64,000 nt of DNA from a virus (Duplodnaviria; Caudoviricetes): the IMG/VR virus record IMGVR_UViG_3300021387_000573, positions 1 through 64,000 of that record, one strand, 5' to 3'. Of the stretch, positions 38,084-48,247 are shown in pieces; within the stretch, counting starts at the first letter, position 1, and each line of letters starts with the position of its first letter. The translations under genes and the position numbers were made by a program. A model generated the notes under the pieces. It searched no databases and had not been told where the DNA came from. It worked only from the letters and a program-made list of their open reading frames with translations.

Positions 38084-39697
38084 TTAGTTGTCAGAAGGAG
38101 AGGGGAGTGCGTTGCCGTCATTAGCCCTCGACCTTGCCGTGTTGTCTGTGGGATTGTCCGTTTCCGGACGCCCACCTTTATCGTCCGCAGATTGCGTATA
38201 GCTCGTCCTGTGTACGGGCCAGCGGTTCTCCCAGTCGTTCTCTAATTCAAAATCAAGCATAGCTTCGAAAATGTCAGGAGAAATTCCGCAAGATGCCGCC
38301 CAGAATGCAAGACTACCTTTTCCTTGCAGGTACAATTCCTTAGCAAACCCAACCATCTCTTTTTTGTTTACATGGGTGAGCGGAAGATAGCGGACTTCCA
38401 CACGATTCTTTCTATCGCGGATCACATTGCTTGTGATGACCTTATTGAGCTCCTCGGTGATCTGGTCAATCCACTGGAATACCTCAGATGCAACAAGCTG
38501 GAGGTTGAGAGATTGAGAGGCGTATGCACCACTGCCAACACCATTTAACAGCGCAGATGCTAAACCGAGGTCAAGCGCCACATTATCATTGATGTTGTTC
38601 TCGTTCTTTTCATCAAAGATATCCGTATTCTGCGTGTCAAGCGAATCGATCTTTGTCCCCGCTGCAACAGAGAAGAAATTAGTACCGCCACGAGAGTTCT
38701 TTGTAAATATCGCTTCCTTGATCGTGTCATGCTGCGCTTTCTGCTGCTTCTGTGTCAGGGCGCTCACGCCCTTGGTAGCGGACTCGGGGAATGTCTCGAA
38801 GATCACACGGTTATTCAGATCATCCAGAATCCCACGCTTTGTATCCGTGAAATAATCCTTATAGAGAATATCGCGAATTGCAGCAAGCACCAGAGGACGA
38901 CCATAGCGTTCCTCACGCTTAGAGCGGATTTTCAGCACGAGAGTTTTGCTGTTGTCAAGGACAACCCAATTCTTTGCGTCTTTTTTGCCAGTATGTTTCG
39001 CGTTCCACGCATCCCGGATTTCCTTTGGCCACTTGCGGACTGCCTGATCTGCGTTCTCCAAGCGATGATCGAAATAATCCAAGTTAAAAGCAATCACATA
39101 AGAGTTGTTCTTAAACCCTACAATCTTTGTGTAATCAGCGGGAAGCGCATGACAGTAGGCATTTAGGCCGATGTCATTGATCTCCACGATACTGTCAACA
39201 TCGAAGTCCGACATCGTTTTCTGCTTGGAAAGCGGACGCTCTGCGGTCTCAAAGTAGTAGTACGCTGCACCCTCGACCATACCTTTCCAAAGCATATCCC
39301 TGATAATCTCTTTATGCCGAATCGTGCGCAGAGTGGATTCCATCAGTTCTTTGTTCCGTTTTCGTTTCTCTTTGCTCTTGCCATATGGCACAATCACACT
39401 GTCCAGCGTTGGCAGAGCACACATATAGTCAACCGTGTTCGTATACGAACCGTTTGTACCATAGAGCATAAGAGAAATTTCACGCAGAATCTGGTTGTTA
39501 CCCATTGGGTCTTTGACAAGAGCAATCAGGTCTTCTGGCTTGTACACATCCAGAATATTCATACCGAAGTAGAATGAACTGTATGTATAGGCGTCACCGT
39601 AAGAGTTGAACTCATTTACTGGAGCAACGTTCTGCTTCTGTTTGCTTTGTCTGTTTCTTGGGGGACGATTGTTCCCATTGTTATTTGTTTCGGGCAT
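38084..39697 (-). CDS. Portal protein
   Basis: About 537 aa after terminase; YGRP and C-terminal GGRP. Confidence 0.8.
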   Translation of the reverse strand: MPETNNNGNNRPPRNRQSKQKQNVAPVNEFNSYGDAYTYSSFYFGMNILDVYKPEDLIALVKDPMGNNQILREISLMLYGTNGSYTNTVDYMCALPTLDSVIVPYGKSKEKRKRNKELMESTLRTIRHKEIIRDMLWKGMVEGAAYYYFETAERPLSKQKTMSDFDVDSIVEINDIGLNAYCHALPADYTKIVGFKNNSYVIAFNLDYFDHRLENADQAVRKWPKEIRDAWNAKHTGKKDAKNWVVLDNSKTLVLKIRSKREERYGRPLVLAAIRDILYKDYFTDTKRGILDDLNNRVIFETFPESATKGVSALTQKQQKAQHDTIKEAIFTKNSRGGTNFFSVAAGTKIDSLDTQNTDIFDEKNENNINDNVALDLGLASALLNGVGSGAYASQSLNLQLVASEVFQWIDQITEELNKVITSNVIRDRKNRVEVRYLPLTHVNKKEMVGFAKELYLQGKGSLAFWAASCGISPDIFEAMLDFELENDWENRWPVHRTSYTQSADDKGGRPETDNPTDNTARSRANDGNALPSPSDN

Positions 39698-40622
39698 AAT
39701 CACCCTCCCTTCTTATCGCTTTATCGAGTATTTGTGAGATATTATCGAAATCCCAATACCATATTTCCAGCAATCCGATGTTATTTTCCTCGGCAAATTC
39801 ACGCTTACGTCTATCGTGCTCTTCCTGCCGTTCCAAAGCTTCTCCTGTTTTATAACCGCCAAGAGTAGTCCCATCATGAAATGCGCCCTGATATTCAATT
39901 AATAAATTGTAATCAAGAAGAAAGAAATCAAACGATAATTTGCCGCCATTCAATCCATATAAACCATCGTAAGATTTCTGATATTGATACCTGATACCAT
40001 TAGCATCAAGGTATTTCCGCACTTCTCTTTCCCCATGAGACTCCTGACAAAAAGGGCACCCTGTACCACGCAAGAGGCCATCTGGCCTTGCTGTCCATGT
40101 ATTTCCACAATGAGCACATTTGCATTTAACAGGCAATCTTGATCTCTTATATTGCGATATAATCTCTATATATGGATTTATCTTTTTTAATTCGGTCACA
40201 AATTGCTCGTGCGGTTTTCCCTTCCTATACAATTCCCCCGCACACATTGGGCATCGCCTACCGTTTAATAGCATCTGAGGATACTGTTCCCATTCATGCC
40301 CGTCAATTTTGCAGCGGCACCTAACCTTAGTTGCAAAATTGTAATAATCTGACAATAATTCAACATCTGGATTGGCTTTTGAAAGTTCATCAATAAATCG
40401 ACCACTTGTCCATGCAAGTTTGTTATGAGCACTTTTTCTTGCGCACATTGGGCATCCGTGCCCAGTCAATAACGAATTTGGTTTTACACTCCATATATGC
40501 CCACATACTTCGCATTCACACATGATTTTCGTCGATACATTCACATAACGATCTAAAACATGAATTGTCTGGTTTTTAAGCTCCAAATCAGCGACAAACT
40601 GCTCGTGCGTTTTCCGTTCCAT
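39681..40622 (-). CDS. Free-standing homing endonuclease-like protein
   Basis: Paralogue of 34207..35154; SHGE..FDFFL..LIEYQGAFHD. Confidence 0.8.
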   Translation of the reverse strand: MERKTHEQFVADLELKNQTIHVLDRYVNVSTKIMCECEVCGHIWSVKPNSLLTGHGCPMCARKSAHNKLAWTSGRFIDELSKANPDVELLSDYYNFATKVRCRCKIDGHEWEQYPQMLLNGRRCPMCAGELYRKGKPHEQFVTELKKINPYIEIISQYKRSRLPVKCKCAHCGNTWTARPDGLLRGTGCPFCQESHGEREVRKYLDANGIRYQYQKSYDGLYGLNGGKLSFDFFLLDYNLLIEYQGAFHDGTTLGGYKTGEALERQEEHDRRKREFAEENNIGLLEIWYWDFDNISQILDKAIRREGDYARNK

Positions 40623-40833
40623 TATTACCTCCATAGTTTTCCACATAAAAAGAACTGCCAGTTTTTCTGGCAGCCCATTGATTAAGCAATCTATCTAGTT
40701 TTTCATCTCGCACAAAAACCCAGAAATCAGCAAGAGAATTAGGATTCTTCGCAGCAATCTTGTACCTCAGACCATTATCTATTAAATATTTTTTTAAATT
40801 TGCAGAATAGCAACAATAAAGACTTACTTCCAT
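40588..40833 (-). CDS. DUF5659-like small protein
   Basis: YCCYS..LKKYL...NPNS...FWVF. Confidence 0.6.
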   Translation of the reverse strand: MEVSLYCCYSANLKKYLIDNGLRYKIAAKNPNSLADFWVFVRDEKLDRLLNQWAARKTGSSFYVENYGGNNGTENARAVCR

Positions 40834-40839
40834 ATATCC

Positions 40840-42675
40840 TCAATTTACAAACACTGAAAACTCATATTCTTCTGATTGAGACAATAAATCTCGCTCCAGT
40901 AACGACGCAACGAAGCTTGCGTAGCTAACGGAACTATAGCGATCTTTGCGATTGGCTCCAACCTCGCCAACAACAATTGCGCCTGTCTGAGGTTTTTTCT
41001 CATAGACAAGTCCTGCCGTCTCGCTAATAAACTCTTGTGTCTCAAGAAACGGCCTCTCATAAAAAAACTGTGTGTCTGCATCCGGAGCCGATGCATACTC
41101 TTTGATGTTAGGCAAGTAGTTCTCAATGGCTGACTCAAGATTTGATAAAAAGTCAATGCGTTCCTCAACAAGTATTCTGCGAAAGTCGATTGCAATGTCG
41201 CTGTTAAGTTTCTGAGAGGCGTTAATTGCATAAACGCATTCATTTGCACCCTCGACTGTAATTCGACTTGCAATACCATCATCGTTCATGCATCGCAATG
41301 GCTGATATTCAACATCTCGTTCATCATCATACATAGGTCGCGCCATAATATCGTATAAAACCAGGCCGCCGTTGCGCGTATCAAGTACAAGATAATCAGC
41401 ACCAAAATCTTCAAACAACTGCCGTATCCGAATTGCCTGACGAAGTGTGTCGCCGCCCTGCATCGATTCCATATAAGGAACGCTTCGGCGATAACCATTG
41501 CTTACTTCAATGTCGTCACTGCCTTCTCGTTGATACCTTGTGCTTTCCGGGATCAATCGCATACAGGAAAAAATTGAGTTATCGTTTCTTTTGTTCTCAA
41601 CAAACGCGAGGTCAACAGCTAAAAGACGAACCTCTTGCGGTAATTTTGAAATATCGTATGGATTCTTTTTACCAGAACGATAGTCTTCTGTTCTCCTTGG
41701 ATAGAACGGCTTCTTCATACGTTGGTTTTGCTGAAGCATCCCGTATGTGAAGTACGCAGACGTGTTTTCTTTAACCCTGAGATTGAGAAATTCTGTCTCC
41801 CAAGTTATAACGTCTTGTTTCTTCTTTTCTCTCTGAAAGTATCGCATTGTCTTGATCCTGTGACGAATCGAGATTGCTTCATCGAAAGCAAGAAGGCAAG
41901 AGTCTTTCCCTTTCAACATCTCGTCACATGCTTGGTCCACTGTTGACCAGAGCCATGACGTTCCGTTATCAATCCAAGACGAGCTAATATAAATATCTAA
42001 TGGCTCTTCCTGTAATTCGGGTACGTTTGCGTAGAATTCATCTTTCATGTAAGGGACTGGACGCACAATCTGATAAGGAGAAAGGACACTATCTTCATCC
42101 TCTTTCTTAATCTGTCGGAACTCTTCTCGCACAAGAACTGTAGAACGGTATCCGCGTCCACCATCGCCAGGTGCTACAACTGTAATTGTGCTCCCGTTTT
42201 TAAAATAAACAATAACCTCATTCTGGTTATCTTTTACTTTTCGAATCTCTTTCCGAAGAGGCGCAGACATCTTCATGAGTTCTTTTTCTATCTTTTCAGA
42301 AACCAAAAGCTTCGCTTGTTTTTTGGTTCCTGATGCTATAACCACCATTGAATTAGGATACAAAATACAGTAAATACATGCACCAAGGGCAACAATAAAT
42401 GATTTTGCATCTGCACGACTTGCAATGATGACAAAAAAAGAATTGAGCCCCATCAAATACAAGATAATAATCTGGTAAAGATATAGCTTAATCCCAAGGT
42501 AATCCATCGCAAAACGATGAAAGTTACGCCGAAAGAAAGTTGTCCACAGAATAAAATGATCTACATTTTTTTCGTCTCCAAGAAAGGAGTCTGGAGGGAA
42601 ATGCTTAAATAATTCAGCTTGTCGATCATCCGCATTTCGATTCCGATAGTGTTTACGAGGCGCAGATTCACTCAT
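40840..42675 (-). CDS. terL: Terminase large subunit
   Basis: Walker A-like ASRADAKS, RGYR, Walker B LVREEFR, nuclease AVDLA and KDRYSS. Confidence 0.9.
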   Translation of the reverse strand: MSESAPRKHYRNRNADDRQAELFKHFPPDSFLGDEKNVDHFILWTTFFRRNFHRFAMDYLGIKLYLYQIIILYLMGLNSFFVIIASRADAKSFIVALGACIYCILYPNSMVVIASGTKKQAKLLVSEKIEKELMKMSAPLRKEIRKVKDNQNEVIVYFKNGSTITVVAPGDGGRGYRSTVLVREEFRQIKKEDEDSVLSPYQIVRPVPYMKDEFYANVPELQEEPLDIYISSSWIDNGTSWLWSTVDQACDEMLKGKDSCLLAFDEAISIRHRIKTMRYFQREKKKQDVITWETEFLNLRVKENTSAYFTYGMLQQNQRMKKPFYPRRTEDYRSGKKNPYDISKLPQEVRLLAVDLAFVENKRNDNSIFSCMRLIPESTRYQREGSDDIEVSNGYRRSVPYMESMQGGDTLRQAIRIRQLFEDFGADYLVLDTRNGGLVLYDIMARPMYDDERDVEYQPLRCMNDDGIASRITVEGANECVYAINASQKLNSDIAIDFRRILVEERIDFLSNLESAIENYLPNIKEYASAPDADTQFFYERPFLETQEFISETAGLVYEKKPQTGAIVVGEVGANRKDRYSSVSYASFVASLLERDLLSQSEEYEFSVFVN

Positions 42676-43600
42676 CGTCGTCACCACCATCATCTTCATC
42701 CTTGACGTAGAACTCTTCATCTTTATCCCTTGTTCCAAGGAGAATATTTTTAAGCGGGCGTACAAGCATACGTGAGAAATAATCACCTATATCATCAAAA
42801 TCACGATAGAGTTCTTTCCCTTTGTAATATTCGGCAGGAGTATATTGTTCAATGGTTTCAGCAGTAACGCCATACACAAAGTCCTCTGCAACAGCACCAT
42901 CGCCAACAGATTTCAAATTGCCAGCCTTATATGTTTTCGTATACAGATCCGTCATCTTCTGAAAATCATCAAGCCGGCCTTCTCTTGACGCCTTCAACTG
43001 ATGCATCTTAATCCGGCAACAGTCCATGATGTAATTTTCCTGATTGCCGTCTGCACGCGGGTTTGCCGCCTTCAGCAGAGTATAGTGCCGATTCATCTCA
43101 TCGTAGTCTTCCTTTGCAAACCCGGCACCCCACTTCTTGATGTCGGCAGGATCAATAGAGGATTCTTTTTCTTTTTCGGCTTCTTCTGCAGCAAGAATCT
43201 TATCTCTGAGATTTCTTGCCTTTTTGTCGTACAACACACCAGCAATAGTCGTTCCTTCATCCAGCGAATTATCGAACGTTTTCTTCCGATACTGCGTCCT
43301 GTTCAGACCTCGCAGATACTTACCGATAAACGCATCATCGTCCTCAACTTGATCAAACAATTCGTCATTGTAGTAAATATCAAACGCCATGCATGCACGC
43401 TTCATTGCTTCTCGCTGGCTACCATACTTCATCGTGTATGTATCAATTATTTTGGCAAAGCAACTCTTACAAACAGGCATATACCCCGTATCGGAATATA
43501 GATCACTGAAGCATTTATAAAAATCTTTAGAAAGATCTAATATCTCTCGGCAACGGCAGCAAGTATACTTCCCATCACCTTCGAGTAGAGATTCTGGCAT
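42668..43600 (-). CDS. Putative terminase small subunit (Zn finger)
   Basis: CCRC..CKSC; overlaps terL start. Confidence 0.5.
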   Translation of the reverse strand: MPESLLEGDGKYTCCRCREILDLSKDFYKCFSDLYSDTGYMPVCKSCFAKIIDTYTMKYGSQREAMKRACMAFDIYYNDELFDQVEDDDAFIGKYLRGLNRTQYRKKTFDNSLDEGTTIAGVLYDKKARNLRDKILAAEEAEKEKESSIDPADIKKWGAGFAKEDYDEMNRHYTLLKAANPRADGNQENYIMDCCRIKMHQLKASREGRLDDFQKMTDLYTKTYKAGNLKSVGDGAVAEDFVYGVTAETIEQYTPAEYYKGKELYRDFDDIGDYFSRMLVRPLKNILLGTRDKDEEFYVKDEDDGGDDDE

Positions 43601-43756
43601 CTTGCCACCTCCAATCTCAACTATTACAAATAGTTATCGACTAAATGAAAGTCTCCCCATTTTGCACATCGCGTATTTCTGCGGAGAGGTGTGGGGAGTT
43701 CTATTAAACAGAAGGCGCAGCGGTTGCACTTCATTGAGAGGTTGCCGCGACTGTCG

Positions 43757-44296
43757 TTATTCAAGGAAAGAACTAAGGAACTTGCCGAGGGTGGTAGTTC
43801 CGTTATAATGAGAGCCATTCATATTGATCTCAAAGTGGATAACGGCATCATCATTGTCTTCGCAGTGCTCGCAATCGCACGCACACAGTTCACAATCACC
43901 GCAATCAAAATCTTCATCGCCTTCAAAAACGGCTTCATATACAGGCGCGTGTTTCGCCTCATTTTTCAAAGCAATCTTGCTATTCACGCCAGAACCGAGG
44001 ATAAGGCAGTCGTGCTCAAAACTAAGGTATCTATCTTTATCCTTCTGATACGCCTGCTCTACAAAAAGAGTAAGATCGTCAGACAAAGTAATATAATACT
44101 CTTTGTTATAGCCTTCCCACTCCTCTGGATGAATCTCGATGCCATAAGCATCAACTTCGTCATACTTAAGGAGCTCTCTCATCAGTTCTTTTGCTTCATC
44201 ATAAAAAAGAGCGGCGATAGCGCTATGTCCACCAACGGCCTCGGTAAACATGAACTCGGCCAGTTCTTTCATCGTTCCAAAATAAACTCGTTTCAT
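43757..44296 (-). CDS. Acidic hypothetical protein with Cys-rich tail
   Basis: CGDCELCACDCEHC. Confidence 0.6.
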   Translation of the reverse strand: MKRVYFGTMKELAEFMFTEAVGGHSAIAALFYDEAKELMRELLKYDEVDAYGIEIHPEEWEGYNKEYYITLSDDLTLFVEQAYQKDKDRYLSFEHDCLILGSGVNSKIALKNEAKHAPVYEAVFEGDEDFDCGDCELCACDCEHCEDNDDAVIHFEINMNGSHYNGTTTLGKFLSSFLE

Positions 44297-44299
44297 TCT

Positions 44300-44578
44300 C
44301 TACCTCTCGTTAATCGCATTTTTCAGCGTCTTGCTAATCTTGCACCGAACAGATTTATGTGCGGGGTACATCTCCACTTCACCAGTTTTTGGATTCCTAC
44401 GGCGCTGAGGATTGTTTTCAACAACCTCGAATACCATAAAATCCTTAAAAAGTACACGATCTCCACTGATTAGCGCGTTTTTAACTTCATCAAAGAATGA
44501 ATCGATAACGAACGCGCATGTATCATAATTGCATTTCTTTTTCTTGGAGATCTTTTTAATTACGTCTCCTCTAGTCAT
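44300..44578 (-). CDS. HU/IHF-family DNA-binding protein
   Basis: RRNPKTGE arm motif. Confidence 0.85.
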   Translation of the reverse strand: MTRGDVIKKISKKKKCNYDTCAFVIDSFFDEVKNALISGDRVLFKDFMVFEVVENNPQRRRNPKTGEVEMYPAHKSVRCKISKTLKNAINER

Positions 44579-44609
44579 TTCTTACCTCGATTTCAACTAT
44601 AATTTCCAA

Positions 44610-45818
44610 TTAATCCAGAGCGACCGGATAGCAGGCTTTGACACCGTTTTCGTTCACGACACACACCATCTGAGCTGGCTTTCCGCTGATTCTTTTGGAC
44701 ACCGTAAAGTCATCACCCGTGCCGCAAAAACTGCCACTGCGAATGATCTTTACATCGGCAATATCGTCATAAGAACAATGATGCATATGACCATAGAAGA
44801 TAGCATGAGGCTTGACACCGAGCATCATCACAAGTTTTGAAACACCTGCTTCGCTGTAGGTATCATAGTCACCATGCACGGCGAAATACATTTTCTGACG
44901 CACAACAAATGAGGCAATCGTACTATCAATATTGCTGTCATCCAGAAATACAACATTTTTCAGATGTGACAATTTCGCCTTCATGTACCATGGAATAAGA
45001 TCGTCAAGACGTTCGCTTCGTAGAACAAGATCCTTTTGCCCAATGCGTGAGTGGTTCCCAGCAACGCTATTCACATATACAGCACAAAAACTCTTGCTCA
45101 ATTCATAGACAAAAGCAGCAATTAACTCGGCACACTTCTGCACCTGTTCAATCACATTCTCGCGGTTTTCAAGTTGAGTAGTCCAATGAATATTGCCGCT
45201 TACGCAATCACCACCGAGAATCAGATATGCGCTCTCTGCCTGATGTACTCGCTGAATTTCAAGAATCTCACTAAGATAATTGCTAAGACGCTCTCTGGCA
45301 ATATCGGAATCGTAGCGCCCGAAATGATTATTGAAAGTTGTCCCCAAATGAAAATCAGACAACGAAATAATCAAATCGTTGCCTGACTGGTAAACATTAT
45401 TATGAACTTCTGGGAGAGTCGTTCTGCCATTCTCTCGGATCTGCTCTTCCAACCGAGTAAGATTTTCTTCTGCTCGCGCAGACTCACGGGAGAGTTTGTT
45501 CAACGCCTTACGTTCATCAAAAAGTTTCTGTTTCTCTTTACGAACTTCGTCTTTAGCGGCAAGCAGCTCCTTGACATAAGAATCGTCATCGTATTTCTTG
45601 AATACGCCGGCCTCATGAAACTTCTTGGCGTTAGTATATGCTTTGCGGTATGCAGACTCTTTTCGATATTCCGTCTCATCATCTCGGAACTCTTTGTTCA
45701 TCAAGTCTGCAATTTCCGACCAGTCCATATCCAGAGCGCCGGAGTCCTTTGCTTGTCCAAGTCTCCAGAGGAACTGCTCCTCATTTTCGTTCTCTTTTCT
45801 CGTAATAACCAAACTCAA
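44610..45818 (-). CDS. Metallophosphoesterase with N-terminal coiled coil
   Basis: SDFH, GGD, GNH, VHGD, GHMH. Confidence 0.8.
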   Translation of the reverse strand: MSLVITRKENENEEQFLWRLGQAKDSGALDMDWSEIADLMNKEFRDDETEYRKESAYRKAYTNAKKFHEAGVFKKYDDDSYVKELLAAKDEVRKEKQKLFDERKALNKLSRESARAEENLTRLEEQIRENGRTTLPEVHNNVYQSGNDLIISLSDFHLGTTFNNHFGRYDSDIARERLSNYLSEILEIQRVHQAESAYLILGGDCVSGNIHWTTQLENRENVIEQVQKCAELIAAFVYELSKSFCAVYVNSVAGNHSRIGQKDLVLRSERLDDLIPWYMKAKLSHLKNVVFLDDSNIDSTIASFVVRQKMYFAVHGDYDTYSEAGVSKLVMMLGVKPHAIFYGHMHHCSYDDIADVKIIRSGSFCGTGDDFTVSKRISGKPAQMVCVVNENGVKACYPVALD

Positions 45819-45834
45819 TCTCCTATTTCAACTA

Positions 45835-46461
45835 TCAGATTATCTCGTCAATATCGCAATCTTCACCAACAATGTAATCAACGACACCAAGCTCCTTGGC
45901 TTGCTTCGGAAGAAAATACCACTCACAACGATATTTTTCCTTGTAAAGCTCTTCGCTGATCTTGGTGCGAGAAATGATGAACTCTCTCGTCATCTGCTCC
46001 ATTTCACCGGCTTCGAAGTCGATACGATCCTTTGCCTTCGACATATTGTCAAAAGCACCGGTATAGCCTTCGTGCATCAGATACTCGCAGTGAGGGAATG
46101 TATATCTCTTGTGGCCTGAAATAGCAATCAGGAACCCCATAGACGAGCACTCAGCAAGATTGACTGTATAAACGGGTGTTTTACTATTGACAATCGCATC
46201 TACAAGGCTATAACCGCAAATCACGCTTCCGCCAGGAGAATTGATATACAAAAGGATTGGTTTGCGCTCTTCTACAGGAACACCCTTGTCAAGCCTGTTG
46301 TAGCGCAGAATGTGATACACCAACTGGTCAATTACTTCTTCATCAACTTCGCCGTTCAGATAAAGATGGCGATTCTCTTCAATATCTTCAATATCAAATT
46401 TATCTGCATAACAATAGTTGTAAGTCTTCGTAATATCTTCTCGAATGATCTCTTCTCCCAT
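45835..46461 (-). CDS. clpP: ClpP-like peptidase
   Basis: LYINSPGG, SMG, MHE, AKELGVVD. Confidence 0.85.
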   Translation of the reverse strand: MGEEIIREDITKTYNYCYADKFDIEDIEENRHLYLNGEVDEEVIDQLVYHILRYNRLDKGVPVEERKPILLYINSPGGSVICGYSLVDAIVNSKTPVYTVNLAECSSMGFLIAISGHKRYTFPHCEYLMHEGYTGAFDNMSKAKDRIDFEAGEMEQMTREFIISRTKISEELYKEKYRCEWYFLPKQAKELGVVDYIVGEDCDIDEII

Positions 46462-46469
46462 GTTTCCTC

Positions 46470-47912
46470 CTACAGATGGACGACCATGCCCCTGAAAGCA
46501 CAGAGCACACGGTAAGTTTTATCGTTCTTGGAAATGGCTTCTTTTAGTTTGTCGGCTAAACACTTTTTCCCTTCTGGTTCTCCATGAACCAAAATCAGTT
46601 TTCCACAATTGAGGGAACTACCATATTTCACAAGGTCTTCGTGTCCTGCGTGGCTGCTAAAAGAAGAGAGCGTGATACAATCAGCAAGATTGGCAACACG
46701 CTCTTTGTTAATACTTATAAACTTGTGATCTCTATAATTTTTAATCCGATAAGACAGGTAGGATGGATTGTCTCCTGTATAACCAGAGAAAATTACCATA
46801 CTGTTTCTGTCTGCTATATATTTTTTCAAGTAATTTACAACACGACCATTGGTACAGAAGCCAGACGCAGACAGAATGACCTTCGGACGGTTATCCGCTA
46901 AACACGCCTGCGAATCTGCTTTCTCGGAAATGAATTGTACGTTCTCCCAGCGTTTCACAGTATCCCATAATTCAAGATCTTGACCTTCCAAAATATGGTA
47001 ATATAATTCGCTGATCTCGCAACTCAGTTTGGAGTCCACGATGATCGGAACTGTGAAGCTTTGATCCTCGCCGTAAATCTCATACAGCGTTGTCAACATC
47101 TCCTGTGTCCTGCTAAAACTAAAGCAGGGGAGTACCACACTGCCGCCGCGCACAAGCGTCGTATCGATGGCTGATTTCAAATGCTTTACATCCTGTTCCC
47201 TTGTCTTCGTCGAAAATCGCTTTGAGTTTCCGTATGTTGCCTCCAACAGCACAAGATCGTTGTAGCCATCTGGTACTTCCGTATCTGTAACATAGTGGTT
47301 CTTCGTGCTGAGAGCACCAATGTCCGATGTGTATAGAATTTTCTTTTTCTTCCCACCTGTTGTCAGGATCAGTTGTAGTTGTGCCGCACCAACGCAATGA
47401 GCGTTGTGGAGCCACTGAAAACTAACAACATCGTCGAGTTTGTATACGCGGTTATATTCGTCGTGTTCGTAAATCAAATCTAGTGTCTCATAAACATCTT
47501 TCTCTTCGTAAATAGGGGAGTAATCCCGTTTATATCGTTTTGAAAGCACTCTTGCCTCATCATTTAAGATGTAACAGGAGTTAAGAAGAAGCGGTTTCAT
47601 CACGGCAGCGGTCTTATCAGTTGCAATGATTTTCCCGTGGAATCCCTCTTTTACCAAACGCGGCAGCAGGCCCGTGTGATCGATGTGTGCATGGCAAGCA
47701 AACACATAGTCAATCTCAGACGGTTTGAACCGAAATTTCTCCGCATTAATTTTATAGCTGTCCAGGTAACTATTGCTCGATGACTGATGTAGCCCGCACT
47801 CAAGAAGGATTTGGCGACCGCCGAACTTGATAAGATACTGGGAACCAGTTACATCCTCGGATGCTTTCCCAGTGAAAAAGATACCATCGCCTTTCAGCTT
47901 CTTGATGCTCAT
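46470..47912 (-). CDS. Metallo-beta-lactamase / beta-CASP ribonuclease
   Basis: VTGS, HAHIDH, AHCVG, EATYG, SSHA, LVHGE. Confidence 0.9.
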   Translation of the reverse strand: MSIKKLKGDGIFFTGKASEDVTGSQYLIKFGGRQILLECGLHQSSSNSYLDSYKINAEKFRFKPSEIDYVFACHAHIDHTGLLPRLVKEGFHGKIIATDKTAAVMKPLLLNSCYILNDEARVLSKRYKRDYSPIYEEKDVYETLDLIYEHDEYNRVYKLDDVVSFQWLHNAHCVGAAQLQLILTTGGKKKKILYTSDIGALSTKNHYVTDTEVPDGYNDLVLLEATYGNSKRFSTKTREQDVKHLKSAIDTTLVRGGSVVLPCFSFSRTQEMLTTLYEIYGEDQSFTVPIIVDSKLSCEISELYYHILEGQDLELWDTVKRWENVQFISEKADSQACLADNRPKVILSASGFCTNGRVVNYLKKYIADRNSMVIFSGYTGDNPSYLSYRIKNYRDHKFISINKERVANLADCITLSSFSSHAGHEDLVKYGSSLNCGKLILVHGEPEGKKCLADKLKEAISKNDKTYRVLCAFRGMVVHL

Positions 47913-47927
47913 AGGCGCGCTCCCTTC

Positions 47928-48101
47928 TTACTTGTTTAGTTTCTTTGCAAGTGCAGCATATTTATCGCCAATATACCTCTTGTTTGTCGTGCGGTAATAA
48001 CTTGCGAGGTTGCCATTACGGTCAACATAGCCGCGATATGTGTTGCGAATGATGCCTTTCTTGATCAGAAGTTCCATTTCTTCCTTGGTGATTTCCTTAA
48101 T
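47928..48101 (-). CDS. Small basic protein, probable ATT start
   Basis: IKEITKEEMELLIKKGIIRNTYRG...; RBS-like AAGGATGTG upstream. Confidence 0.5.
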   Translation of the reverse strand: MKEITKEEMELLIKKGIIRNTYRGYVDRNGNLASYYRTTNKRYIGDKYAALAKKLNK

Positions 48102-48170
48102 TGTGAATACACATCCTTAAATAAATTTGCCGCCACTTAGAGCCGGTAGCTTGCTCAGTATTCAATTGTG

Positions 48171-48247
48171 TGGTTGCGGAGGTTGGACTTGAACCAACGA
48201 CCTTCAGCTTATGAGGCTGACGAGCTTCCAACTGCTACTACTCCGCA
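48171..48247 (-). tRNA. tRNA-Met (CAT), initiator-like body, encoded CCA
   Basis: TGCGGAG/CTCCGCA acceptor stem, TCAGC-CTCATAA-GCTGA, TTCAAGT T-loop. Confidence 0.9.

Noticed and set aside
48120-48170. tRNA-associated HDV-like (theta) ribozyme
   Set aside because: Could not build the nested double pseudoknot after the CCA end
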